Below are positions 52,101 through 64,000 of a stretch of 64,000 nt of DNA, in pieces. The translations under genes were made by a program, and so were the position numbers. The stretch is taken from NCBI RefSeq assembly GCF_964204865.1, contig NC_135263.1, forward strand, positions 7,068,001 to 7,132,000, given 5' to 3'. Source of the DNA: Styela clava. Taxonomy: Eukaryota. The first letter of the stretch is position 1. The number at the start of each line of letters is the position of its first letter. Under the pieces are notes generated by a model. The model had not been told where the DNA came from. It did not search any database and worked only from the letters and a program-made list of their open reading frames with translations.

Positions 52101-55100
52101 TTGGATGGTAGTGTCCCAATAAATATTATTTTGTTAATATTAAGGTGCTGCTGGCATCATTTGGTTTGTTGTTTGGGTATTAACCGCCTTTGACAACCCA
52201 GGAGTGCATCCAACAATTTCAACTGACGAAGCAAATTATATAAAAGAGTCAATCGGCCAGCTTGACTCAGTTGCAATACAAAAGGTATTTTGTAAGTTCC
52301 TGGCCACTTTATGGCCATGGAACTCCCTTTAGTAAACTGCATTTTGAGCTTCAATTTTACATGGATTTGCTAATATTTGGTACGAAACTATTGACAATGT
52401 ATGAGATATGTTTCACCTACCGTTCCTGGTAAACTGTGTAACAGGGGAGTTGGGAATCTTTACCCTTTCAATTACAAGCAGATCTCGCTAAATCAACTTT
52501 GCCGACCATAGCTTCTTCCAAACTACATGTCAATGACTGATATAAGAAATCTCCTTACGAATTGTTTGTAGCTTTTTGGCTCGACAACTACAGTATAAAG
52601 ATACAATCTATATGCACTAAATATTTAATTCTTTTAATTTAGTGGAATGGAACTCCATGGAAGAAGTTTTTTACATCCATGCCGGTTTGGGCTATCATTG
52701 TTGCTAATTTTTGCAGAAGTTGGACATTTTATTTGTTGATTATAAGTCAACCAACCTACTTTGAACAAGTCTTCGGCTTTGACATTTCACAGGTAAGATT
52801 TTCAATGCAAAAATCATTGACCTTTGACTTCATTCTGCATTGCTCCATTAATTCACCATTCTTGTTCGCTGCTTTAAATGAGCCTCCAAGCAGCATTAAT
52901 TACCGTATTTCCCGGCGAATAAGTCGCTTTAGGCGTCTTATTAGGCGAGTATGGTAATTTTCATTTTTTTTTCGGATTCGCTTTATTATGTATTACGTAA
53001 TGTTTTTTTATGGTGGACACAATCGGTAGTTGAATACAATTAGGTTAAAATTTAAAGACAGTTTGAATTCCCGTAGTTATTATGGATTGAATATTACCCT
53101 ATAAGAAAACGTCATTATAGGCTATTTTACCCAATGCGCAAACGCGTCGACCGCTTAAAAGGCATTGCATGGTAGTTTGAGATTCCGATGATGACGCTAT
53201 TTTACTACATCGACTTATTGGCAGGTTATTTGCAAAAACCCATTTTTTCAGGCTTGGAAACGGGCCTCGTCTTATTTACCCGGTAGACTTATTCGCCGGG
53301 AAATACGGTATCTGTTTTCTATATATTTCTCATTAACAGCAATTGCGTAATATATTACCTTATTCCGTGATAATTAGATAGTCGATAACAATTGTAAGAC
53401 AAAATTGCGATTGTTGAGATAACATCTGTTATGAATCGTCCAAATTTTAGTAGGCCTAATTAAAGTATATTGTTACGATTTTTATGTTGATTCAAGACTA
53501 ATAGTTTGCCGGTGGTCAAAGCAGACTATCTGTGTAGTATATATTTCACTAATCATCAATTCTTTCCATGAGCAAAATTACTCACCAAATATATTATTCA
53601 ACTTTTGAATTATTATTTTATTCATATCAACGCTTTAATCAGATGAACCACGATTATGTTTTTTAATTATATTTCTGGGTTTTTAAAAAATTTTCGTCTG
53701 ACAAAATTGGTAAAAAAACAACATAATCACCGAAATATATTCTTAGAAAACGGCTTAAATTTTTATGTAATCTAGTATGAAAGGGAAGCAGTCCATTAAG
53801 CGTCTTACTACTAACCAGATAATGCGGTTTTAGTTTTTCAACGACATTAAACTCTGGTATTCAACTTACCAATCAATGTTTGGCCCTGAAAACTTAGGGT
53901 GCTATGAACCGAAATTAATTGGGTCATCCATTTGAAACTCTTCGTAAAATATATCGATTTTTATTACGACATCTTTATTCACGTATAAATATTAATACAA
54001 GCTCTTGTTAACAAAAAATCATTAATATAAATTTCTATGGTCTATCATGGGAAGATATATAGTTAGGTCTAGACTTACACGGACAAGACCTATTACACAC
54101 TCCGAAGGCACCATTCATTTATCAACAGCTATCTCTAAGATCACCAGTCATATTTAACGAATAAATACAAATTCGTTAAAAATTACATGTTCTTACCTAC
54201 CTATGAATAAATTTCAGTTGGGGATATTGGCAGCTGTTCCACATCTTGTTATGACTATAGTTGTGCCGGTCGGAGGAGTTATCGCCGACTATTTGAGAAA
54301 AAATAATATTCTCACTACAACTACTGTTCGAAAAATTATGAATTGTGGTGGATTCGGACTGGAAGCCTTCTTCCTTCTCATTGTCGGATGCAGTCACGGA
54401 CAGACCGTAGCAATCGTGTGTTTGGTGTTCGCTGTCGGGTTCAGTGGATTTGCAATATCAGGTAAGGGTTTATGAAATCAACCCAGAATATGTTAAATAT
54501 TCAGTAACGATACGACATTTTGCCAAAATGCGTACATTGTACATCATATCATTCAAAAAGTAGCTTGAATTCGTTCTCTGGAATGCCCATTACAGAACGG
54601 TATTTTTTATTTTCATTCTATTTGTCGAATAACAAACAGCGGAGAAATTCAGACTGAATTGATTACTCTGTCCCCGTGGAATACGAAAGCCAAGTTCGAA
54701 GAAAAATAGGAAAGAATGATAATACCATTCTCCGCATTATGATTGAGCGACTTATTTTCAATGTGTCACTTAGATGGGGAAAAGATAAATTAAATAAAAG
54801 CTAACATTTTTCGATTTTGAGTCTGATGTACAACAAAACAGATAGCACTCAATAAGAAAATTTTAACTAGACGAGTATTTCAGGTACAAATGCCCATTTC
54901 CACCCACTACCTACATATCATTAACCAATGCTTTGGATGTAGACAATTGACGTAGATAAAAAGATATCTCTGATACAAGAGTTCCCCAAATTGGTCTGAG
55001 TTTTTCTTCTTTCTTACAGATCGGTGGTTGAAGTTTTAATGCAGTCTAGTTATTCCAGTCAATACCAACATCCTTCCAGCCAAGTCATTTTTTTCCAAAT

Positions 55101-56955
55101 TTTTCACATTATAACTGTAAGGCCTGAATTTACATTTAAGATTATTTCAAAATAATGAATGCAACACTTCGCATTGGGACAACTGTATGTGAAATTCTCT
55201 GTGCCATTGCTATAAAATTTATCGACCCATATTTTAATCCCTTTAAGGCCCATTTTGAAATTAAATTTATGTAATAATCGCTTTCTAATCGTCAAAATTA
55301 TTTCAAGGATTCAACGTCAATCATCTCGATATTGCACCGAGGTATGCTAGTATTCTCATGGGAATATCGAACGGAGCAGGTACTCTGTCAGGAATGATTT
55401 GTCCGCTTGTCGTCAGCGCCGTGACGAAAAATAAGGTATATTATTTGCTTTTATTTCTTCACAAAATCAGTAACGCCAAATTTACACATAAAATTCAATA
55501 TTTGGAGTACGGGAAATATAAAAATTTCAATTTCATTGATTTATCTAAAAATTTGCATATTAAGTTTCAGTTTCAAAAACACTTACCACATATAGCGTTA
55601 CCATATTTAGTTAATAAATTTATTAAATTTAAAAACTCCAGATTGACGTATTGCGATTCATTACAATATATGCGCTGCTGTAAACATTCCTGTAAAAATT
55701 GTCCTGTTAAAAGCGTAGCATTGTTAATCTCGAACTTGTGACGATATCTGACTTTTAAGGTCAAGGTTATATATACATTGGAGACTTAGGATCTCTGTTG
55801 AATTCCCAGCACACTTGCATATTTGTTTCGGCAAACTTGTACTAATATATGAACACGGATGGAGAAGCATGCATTACAAAATAGATACATTAACTTTCAT
55901 ACGCCCGTAAGATGGGCTGTCCTTTCTGGAATCAGCAAATGAAAAAGTCACTGAAATTCGAGTTGCACTTTAGATTCATATTCTACACTTTACACCATTT
56001 ATTCTCTAGAGAATTAAAGTCAGGTCAAGATTTCTAAGCATATGGTGCATTAAAATGTTACAACAACGTTACGTCTTAAACATAATTTTGCGGCTACAAT
56101 ATACTCTTCCAGATGTAGTATTTTGACAATAACATGGGGATACTGTAAACGAAAGCAAAAGCTATGCCATTAAATTGCCAACTTGATCTCTACAGATTAA
56201 ATTGGTTGCATCAAAATTTCAAGTTTTATGCTTGAATATCTTACGTAATTATATTGTAAAGATCTTTGGTTCATAATATCTGCCGTTTCCATCTTTTTCA
56301 TCACAAATCTCTTGACTCAGTCTGATTAATATGAACTTTATTCCGCTTCAAAGATTGAAATAAGCTGTAGTAATTCTATTTACAGAGTATAGACGAGTGG
56401 AAGATTATCTTTATAATCGCGTCGTGCATTCATTTTTCTGGAGTCATATTTTACGCCATATTTGCTTCCGGAGAACGACAGCCTTGGGCTGATCCTCCTT
56501 CAGAGGAGCGTGGTATTATTGAGGGTGATTACTTACAGCAAGCATATGGACTTCATAATGAAGAATCCAATGAAAGACAACAATACGGTTGTTCATCCTT
56601 TACTTCCGTCACAAAAAAGAAACTCAGAGTGAGTTCTTCCGAATCTTTGTACGGTGATGATTACTCTTCTAATGAGTCAAGAGATTCAAGTTCAAATCAT
56701 CCTAGTTCTGGAAATGGATACACAATGACTAAACCTCCAATAACGCGTTTGTCATCAAATGAACAGGATATAGAACAAGACAATATCACAATAAATAAAT
56801 CTAATTCTAGAAATATATCTGACACCGAACTTGAAAAAAATACGAGTGACAACTCTCCCGATCCAGAGAATCCATCCCAATTTCCAGATGAGAAATTTTC
56901 CACTAATCATTTTCAAAACTCATCTTGGAACTCGGATGATGCTGACGGTGAATAA
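46143..56955 (+). CDS. VGLUT: Vesicular glutamate transporter (SLC17A6/7/8-like). Exons 46143-46312, 46743-46923, 48728-48846, 49301-49415, 50172-50259, 51712-51798, 52145-52284, 52643-52792, 54218-54461, 55308-55435, 56386-56955
   Basis: Motifs [149 protein letters not shown] and [16 protein letters not shown]. The TM1 Arg, TM2 His and TM7 Arg typical of VGLUTs are present. All exons are in frame; the first coding exon is the least certain. Confidence 0.95.
52903..53308. mobile_element. 406-bp Tc1/mariner-superfamily (pogo/Tc2-like) MITE in VGLUT intron 8
   Basis: Perfect 23-bp TIRs CCGTATTTCCCGGCGAATAAGTC / GACTTATTCGCCGGGAAATACGG, flanked by TA on both sides. Confidence 0.92.
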
Positions 56956-59410
56956 CATTTTCAATATTAATGTCGGGAATATCAAAAATATCTTAGAGAC
57001 AGTGACGTATAATCTAAATTATATTTTAAACAAGTTTTGTTTGTAACCAAAAATGTGTTAGATGCAAAGATATAGATGTAGTTTATATTACTAAGTTCTT
57101 GATTTAACAAGAAATCTCGATATATTTCATAGATCATATATTTCATGAATTGCGTGGTATAATGCTCTCTAAGGCCTTTTAATTTTAAAACATTTCAGTA
57201 ATTCGTTCAGAGAAATTTCTAATTAGTTGTGACAAAAAGTTAGAATTTAATTTCCTCTGGATACCTTACTTCTTCACCCGATAACGAATAATACACAATT
57301 ATTATTCTGTAGAAAATTACTTAAAACTATTTTGTGTTGCGGTTACGATGTATTTATTACTATTTCAATGAATGTATCTTGCTCTGTTGTATGTTCAAAT
57401 GCATTAATCAATGAATGATGAAAGAGAGAGTTGGTAGCAACGACACATAAGTTAGGAAGTGCTGCTAAAACGTCGACTGAATAATTACCTCAGATGATGT
57501 ACTAAATAAAAATAATTGAACTCACATTGAACCGACTAAAGTAATTTTATATATTTACAATACCGTTTTCTTATTTTGGTGTTGGTGCACATTTAGTTCA
57601 TAAAACATTGACATATTTATATATTAAACACTTTATAATTATAACATGTTCTATTTTTGTTTTTGGTATATACCGTTTTTGTTTTAGAAATAAGATTAAG
57701 ATATTTCGTCCAATATATTATTATCTATATATGTATATTAGTTGCCAATGGAATAATTTTGTTATTTACCATGAACAACAAATAAAAATCACTTAGCTCA
57801 CTGAAATTGTTTTTTTTTCGTGGAAAATGCATGTGTTTCTTTTGTAACACAGAATATTCAAACTCTGGCATAGAGATTAATATCGGAGTAATCTCACCAA
57901 ATATGTCGTGAACGTGGCACGATATGAACTATTAACAAATATATATACGTTTGGCAAAACACATATCTCGTATAAATATTGTTCGAGATCACAAACTAGT
58001 TTTTGGTTGAAGCTGCTGGCTCTAAAAGCCTTCAATGTTGAACACTAACTAAAAGTTGTTATACCGTCCAGATTCAGCATAATCAGCAATACTGTATGTA
58101 TATTCATTCCGGTACAAAATCGCTAGACGAAGTGTCTACCTTACCCTAAATAATCTTTTAATGGAAATTCCATCAATTGTCAGTCAGTATATCTGTTCAC
58201 CTCGCATAAGGCAACTGTGTCGGCGATGACACTTGTTTGCATTTCGCATATTTGAAATTTGAATTATTAGTCTCAGATAAGTGAAAACACTGGTATGCAG
58301 TGAATTGTCAAAACTGGCTCACCATTATACTTGTACGAACGGGAAATGCCTCATCATGGTTGCATAACTGTACATTGAGAGATTCATAGATTATCCTCGC
58401 AGATTTGCCTCCGCACTTGAAGACATACTTTGTTGAATGACATGTTGTCTGTTCGCAAATAGTTAGTTCGCAAATATTAAGTTAGTAATGCTCAAATGTA
58501 TGGACACGAAAGTCTAACCATCGCAGTACCGGTAGCCTGTTCAACACATACCACAACAATATACACTGACAATTTGAAAACAATTGGTCCTTTAGTTTCG
58601 CAGAAAACGAAGTGTCCCTAACAACAAATGTCATCCCACAAATAAAGCGAACAGTTCGTGTCCAATAAGGAATAATCTGTCGGATCGGAAGCGGCGGTTC
58701 CCGAGGAAGGCGCATTTCGAGTTTTAACTTGATGCAGAATTTTTAGAGTTTGAAAGTGAAATGAAAAACTTTTTGATCGATTTGTTTAGGTCCTGGTCTG
58801 TTCAGGGAAACATGGAACTGTTAGCGATATTATCTGGTGTTAAAATACTTCACTTTCGATCAGAATAAATAAATCAATGTATCAATCCTGGTTTAAGTGC
58901 AATTTTATTTCTAGAACTAAACGTGATGGAAAAAACTATCCACTAAAATAAGTACATACGTGTAATATTAAAATAAAATGGAGCATATCTGCAGCAATGA
59001 TTTAAAACAGTGGAATTGGTGCAAAAATAAAAGATAACAAAATTATTTATGAAAATAGTATTTATTCATATTCCAGTCATAACTATCTTCCAGGTTGTAA
59101 CTTATAGACATACGTGCCTCTGTGGTGCACTGCATCAAATGTTCATATTCATACTCAAGTTTATGACTGTGATCTTATAATATTAATAGAGGATACTGGC
59201 ATAGCCAGTAGTTTCTGTACAACAAGTGCATATGGGTGATACAAAAATAAATTCTTCAGACAAAAATACTCCAATTTTACTCGATCAATCATGAACAAAG
59301 ATATATTAGGCCCAGAAAGGTGTATGTTATATATGGTGCAATTTTGATCGGGCTAAATTGAAGTGTATATTTCAGACATTACTGCGGCAATGCGAGTTCA
59401 TTGGAAGCTT

Positions 59411-62400
59411 TCACATTAGAACACAAACTTTAGAGCTCTTTCCATTGTCAGCTCCTGCGTCGGCTTGTTTCTGTCCGCTCGGTGCCGACTGAAATTGAAA
59501 AAATATAAAAAAAAACTGTTGACTGTAAAAAATTTAAATCATAAATGAATATTAGGTTTCTTTACAATATCAAATATGTTGATTGAATAATCATTATCAC
59601 CTAATAATAATTTTAATTGTTCAGTTGCACTGAAACAAAGCTGAATTATATGTAACTTTAACTAGACATCTTAGAGTTGAACAAAAGCCACATAATAGCA
59701 TTTAGGTCGATAAAATAATCGTGAAACCCATTTGTTAAAAAATTTACCTTCGGTTTACTTGTACCGTTTGTAGTTGCTGTTGTTTTCATCTGAAAAAAAC
59801 ATATAGAAGTTAAATATTTAGTCGTTTCCTGTTTACAAAAGTGTGAATTAAGAATGATGTTTATATAGTGAAAATTAAAATGTGACAAGTATAGGAACAT
59901 GCAAATGTGGAATAAGCTTTAAAATATGACTAAAACTATAAACGCGTGATATTGTCCATTATATTCTAGTCGAAGCTTGAGAAAAGCTTAACAAGCACCT
60001 AGCCTCACTTTTTTTTATAAAATGTAAATCGAATACGCTATAATACATGTCAAGTGAAAAACGTTGGTGCAAATATTGGGCATGATGCAAATTGTTTACG
60101 AGGTGAAATGTGAAAGAATTTTGGTAAGTATTTGGAAGTGCCATGATTCAATAACTTACATTTAGAGAAGGTAAAGCGTATTTTTTGTTGATCCATAAAA
60201 CCAAAACAACACAGTAAAAAAGATTTGCGGCTGCAGCTTACGGTTAGTACGTGACAGAAGTCGGATATACCAGACTTTTTATCAATAAAAACAAATCAAT
60301 TGGTCTCCACAAATAGTTATCAACTCGAAAAAAGTGCTAGTATTATATTCTTCAACCTAATGGAAGACTCGAGGAAGAGGACTTATTGATTGGGGGCGAT
60401 AAAACAAAACAGTTTTTTTTTTATTTCATGGTAAGGTATTCTATGCATATATAATCTCAGTTTTCAATCATTTCACTTTACAACTGCGAAATCCTAATAC
60501 CATTTACGCGGCATCTTCAGTATACACACTGCACCACATTTTTGAACACCACGAACGTGAGTCTAGTCTTGTTATCAGTGAGAAATTAATATGACAATGA
60601 ATATTGATGACGAATTAAAATAAAGGTTTATGTAATGAAAGGAATAATCGCGTTTGCATATTTAATGAATCAAACGTAGCAATACACGAGCGACAGACAA
60701 AGCACAATTTCGATGTGCGGATTCGTCACCTTGGTTTCTTGACGCAAATTCTAAATGACCGTTAATCTTATTTGGTAAAAATGATATGAATGTGATTTAT
60801 CAATTCCCAAACGTGAACTTTTTACAAACTTACGACGGCAAACAAACTACCTTTTTGCCATTAGCGCTCGATTTTGGCGTGTCATGTTCATCTTCTTCTT
60901 TGATAGGTCCTTCTGTCGGTTCGGCAATTATCCTGGAGTCAGGCGGCATTTCAAAACTGTATATACTGTACGAGTCCCCGTCGATTGATGGCTATAGTAT
61001 GCATATAGATAGCATGCATGTGAGGAAACAAATTATAACAAAGACTCAACATATAATTTTGGCTAATAATACTAAATTGTACTCAGATGTTTTGTGAGTT
61101 GCAACACTTTTACGGTACTGAGTTATATACTGTTGAATTGAATATACTGAGGTATATACTGTTGAGTTCAAATTTCTGTAATATATATTCTTCCGTACCC
61201 ATAACATTTTCTTAGATTCGAGTAGGGGTTAGGGTCACTCGGTAAGGAGAGTCACTCGGTTAGAATTAGGTGGCTGCAGATCACAGAGACTGTGCGCTGG
61301 CTATTGGATTGAGATAAGAACAAGACTCTAGTGTTAGAAACTTTTTTCGGAGACCCAGCAGAGATGCATCTCTCTTTACGTTCAACCAATTCGAATTATA
61401 ATTCATACATCTTAGGGATCTTAACTATAACTATTTTTGTTAATTTCAGTATTATAACAAACATTTATATAATGCAACACGAAAATGAAAAAGCAGATGT
61501 TAAAAAAACTGAAAGTCGTTATATCCTCGGCTTACACTATGTACTGCCTGAGAACATATTTTCATATGTTAAAAGGTAGGAAGATGTGACACATTCAATA
61601 ACACACTTGCTAAGAAAACAGCAACAACAAACATGAATATCGGCTTTTGAAGACCATTTTTTGAAATATATATATTGTATTACAACGTTATATTCTTCAA
61701 TTTAATTACTTACATTTAAATTTGTTAGTGTGTTACATTCGATAATTTATAATTTCATATTTTAATGGCAAGAAGAATACACAGCATACTAAAGCCTTGA
61801 CAGATGAATTCTACCATGTAGTACATACAATAGAACGACTATTATTAATACATACTATACATTTTATATACTCGGAGAGCATTATAATCATTTAGGAATA
61901 ATGTTTGCGACAAATTAGTTGGTTGAAAAATTGTTTGTTTTTGATGCTATTTCGATTGATTACCTAATTACTATGGACCCGAATTGCAACTTAAGAATTG
62001 TAGTACTTCTTAGGTATTCCCTCTTTATATGTCACTTTTATTATGTGTTACAATTACAATAATTTTATTGCTCTTACTGTCTAACAAATAAAATATACTG
62101 AACGATTACTGATTTAAAAAAGTAAATCACAACAAACACCAAATCTAGAGTCTAGAAGCAAATTGAAAATACTGCAAGCAAATCACAAGATGGGTGGTAT
62201 GATTGTAATGCGTCATATTAAAAACTACATCGTAGATCAGTGACGTCACAAGCAAACCTATCACTGCAACATGCACAACCGGCATTTCCGCATTTTCATA
62301 CCAGGCAAATAAACCTACAATTACAAAAGCTTATCCGTATATCGCGCATTAGCTCAGATATGTCAATTTTCACTATTATTGTAAGTAACTATAGCGAGAT

Positions 62401-63961
62401 AACGGATAAGTTTTTGTGGAAAAAGCAAACACGCTCACTCTTTGTTTTTCTTGAACATATTTTTGAGCTTGAAGAACCTGTGCAAAAAATCAAGCGCACG
62501 AACAAATGAAATTGTGCAGTTGAAGTTTGATAGTGAACACTGACACTTTTTCATAAAAGAGAAACAGAGAGAGAGATAACGTTGATAAGAAGAGAGAGGA
62601 AAGTGAAAAAGTCAACAGCAGAACAACCACTCTTCATTCGAGCACATTTGACCATGTAGGCTTCAATAACGTTTCACAAATTATATAATCGATATAAACG
62701 AGTGACTTAAGTAAAAATATACTAACCAATGGGGAAAAATTGTCTGTTTGGACAACATCTTGGCATCTGGGAAATGCCTATGATGCATGCATCTGCTTTT
62801 TCATCTTCGGTTGCATAATAATTATTTAAATTCTACTGCGGGGCAACAAACACCAGTTTAGCGAAAGTAGCAATTTCATCTCCTTCAGTGAACAATTTAA
62901 ACAAAACCTTAAATAATTTCAAAACAGGACAACGAACAAATTCTGTTTATATTCAATCTCACATGTTTAAGGACTCACCCATACGGAAACACCAAAAGAA
63001 TCAGGAATTTTGAAATCAAGTTGTATAAGTCTCCATGCTATCTCATAGGATTAAATTAACCTACCTGCGTCACAAGTCTAACCTTATTCCTCAGTTTATT
63101 TCCACTGCTGAAAGCGACCGCGTTAACGGCACGCATTAACCCGTCGAAATCTTGTTCCTTTTTGGGTTTGGCTGACCATTCTTTGCATATTTCCTGTAAT
63201 ATATATTTCATTTTAATTTCAATTATTATTAATTAATTATTAATTAATTTCAAAATGCGCTTGTTTGATTATGACTGACAACCCGTCGTACAAGTTCGTC
63301 ATTTTTTTATAAAAAGCAATGTTTTTAAAAGCCAGGATTCCTACCTGAATTCGCCGTTCTTTCCTTTCCAAACGATTATATTTTCCTTGCAATGTGTGAA
63401 GCTCAGCTCTCTGCTGTGTGTCATGGATAGACATTGCTGTTGATCTTCTTGCTAACGGTTTCTTTGCTACAAGAATTTGGGTGTCCATCTCTTTCAGTTC
63501 CTGAAATAAAACGAAGTTATTACCAGTAGAACTTTTATAGCGGAATTACCTTCTACTTGGTTATTGCCCCGGTAGTGTTATGTTTTAATCAGGTGTCAAC
63601 TGATATTTTCCGATTTCACTGTGGCAAGCTTGTCATTCGAGGTTGAATCTCTTCACCTGTCGAGAGCTTAGAACTTTGATTTAAGCAAATTGTACAATGG
63701 AAAAGCAAAAAAATCAAAATCATGCCGAAAGTAACAGCATCCATCTACAAAAGTACTGGGCTACGAAAAAACAAGTAACACGACCTGAAGTTCTTATACC
63801 TTTGTGGTAAGTTTCTTTACGCTTGCATCTGGAGCCGAATCTATTTGCACGCCATAAACTTTAAATGAAATACTGCTGTTGTCGAAGAAGTCTAAGTGTT
63901 CTTGTGACATGGACGGGATAGAGATGATTCGTTGGTGATTGAAATCTGGTCGCAGTGTTCC
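59411..63961 (-). CDS. KIF28: C-terminal part of a KIF28/KLP6-like kinesin-3 (5' part outside window), ending in CaaX. Exons (-): 63961-63800, 63500-63345, 63193-63065, 62477-62439, 60991-60851, 60750-60730 (?), 59789-59748, 59488-59411
   Basis: GTLRPDFNHQRIISIPSMSQEHLDFFDNSSISFKVYGVQ resembles the C2-like tail block of kinesin-3 proteins. It is followed by a coiled coil (QQRAELHTLQGKYNRLERKERRIQEICKEW) and the terminus GKSSKVCVLM*. All introns are phase 0, GT-AG. The motor domain is not in the window, so the family call rests on the tail alone. Confidence 0.65.
61116..61173. repeat. Two degenerate 29-bp tandem units
   Basis: tactgagttatatactgttgaattgaata / tactgaggtatatactgttgagttcaaat. Confidence 0.7.
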
Positions 63962-64000
63962 CTAGTGTTGAAAAATCAAAAACATTTGGTTATGTATGTG

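Noticed and set aside
8282-56955. Five consecutive plus-strand genes as a trans-spliced operon or a functional muscle/neuron/cilia cluster
   Set aside because: Intergenic gaps are 1.5-9 kb, two of them filled with repeats, and at least two genes have their own candidate promoter motifs. Co-orientation alone is not evidence.
62727-62832. Possible extra kinesin tail exon (106 nt, NLNNYYATEDEKADAC...FFPI) with a GTTAGT donor
   Set aside because: Its length is 3n+1, so inclusion would shift the frame away from the CVLM terminus, and the acceptor is poor. It could only be a poison or alternative exon, for which there is no evidence.
1-64000. Prokaryotic-style systems (CRISPR arrays, operons, defence islands) and the many short ORFs with TTG/GTG starts
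   Set aside because: The DNA is intron-containing animal sequence. No regularly spaced repeat-spacer array was seen, and most 60-110 aa ORFs are AT-rich noise or exon fragments extended into introns.

Overview
This is eukaryotic (animal) genomic DNA. It is strongly AT-rich with short GT-AG introns, so the six-frame ORF track mostly shows exon fragments and noise. The compact layout and chordate-like proteins suggest an invertebrate chordate such as an ascidian; this is an inference and cannot be proven from the window. Seven spliced genes could be rebuilt by hand with consistent splice phases. (1) A secreted CUB+EGF protein (-, runs off the left edge). (2) A type-II membrane protein with a hevein-like Cys-rich module and a GDS...DxxH (SGNH/PC-esterase-like) domain, carrying a frameshift just before the DxxH motif. 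(3) A PEAK1/pragmin-family pseudokinase. (4) A troponin C-like four-EF-hand protein. (5) CFAP20. (6) A vesicular glutamate transporter (SLC17A6/7/8-like). (7) The 3' end of a KIF28-like kinesin-3 ending in a CaaX box (-, runs off the right edge). The intervals 28.8-32.6 kb and 37.5-43.5 kb are nests of hAT (Charlie/Buster-like) remnants, MITEs and non-LTR 3' tails, including two inverted-repeat pairs. The most interesting signal is a pair of tandem, frame-incompatible exons that each encode the C-terminal half of the same CUB domain, i.e. candidate mutually exclusive half-domain swapping. Next are a run of phase-0 micro-exons ahead of the kinesin CaaX box, the frameshifted hevein-SGNH gene, and a fast-type, Trp-rich troponin C. 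No rRNA, tRNA or CRISPR features were seen.
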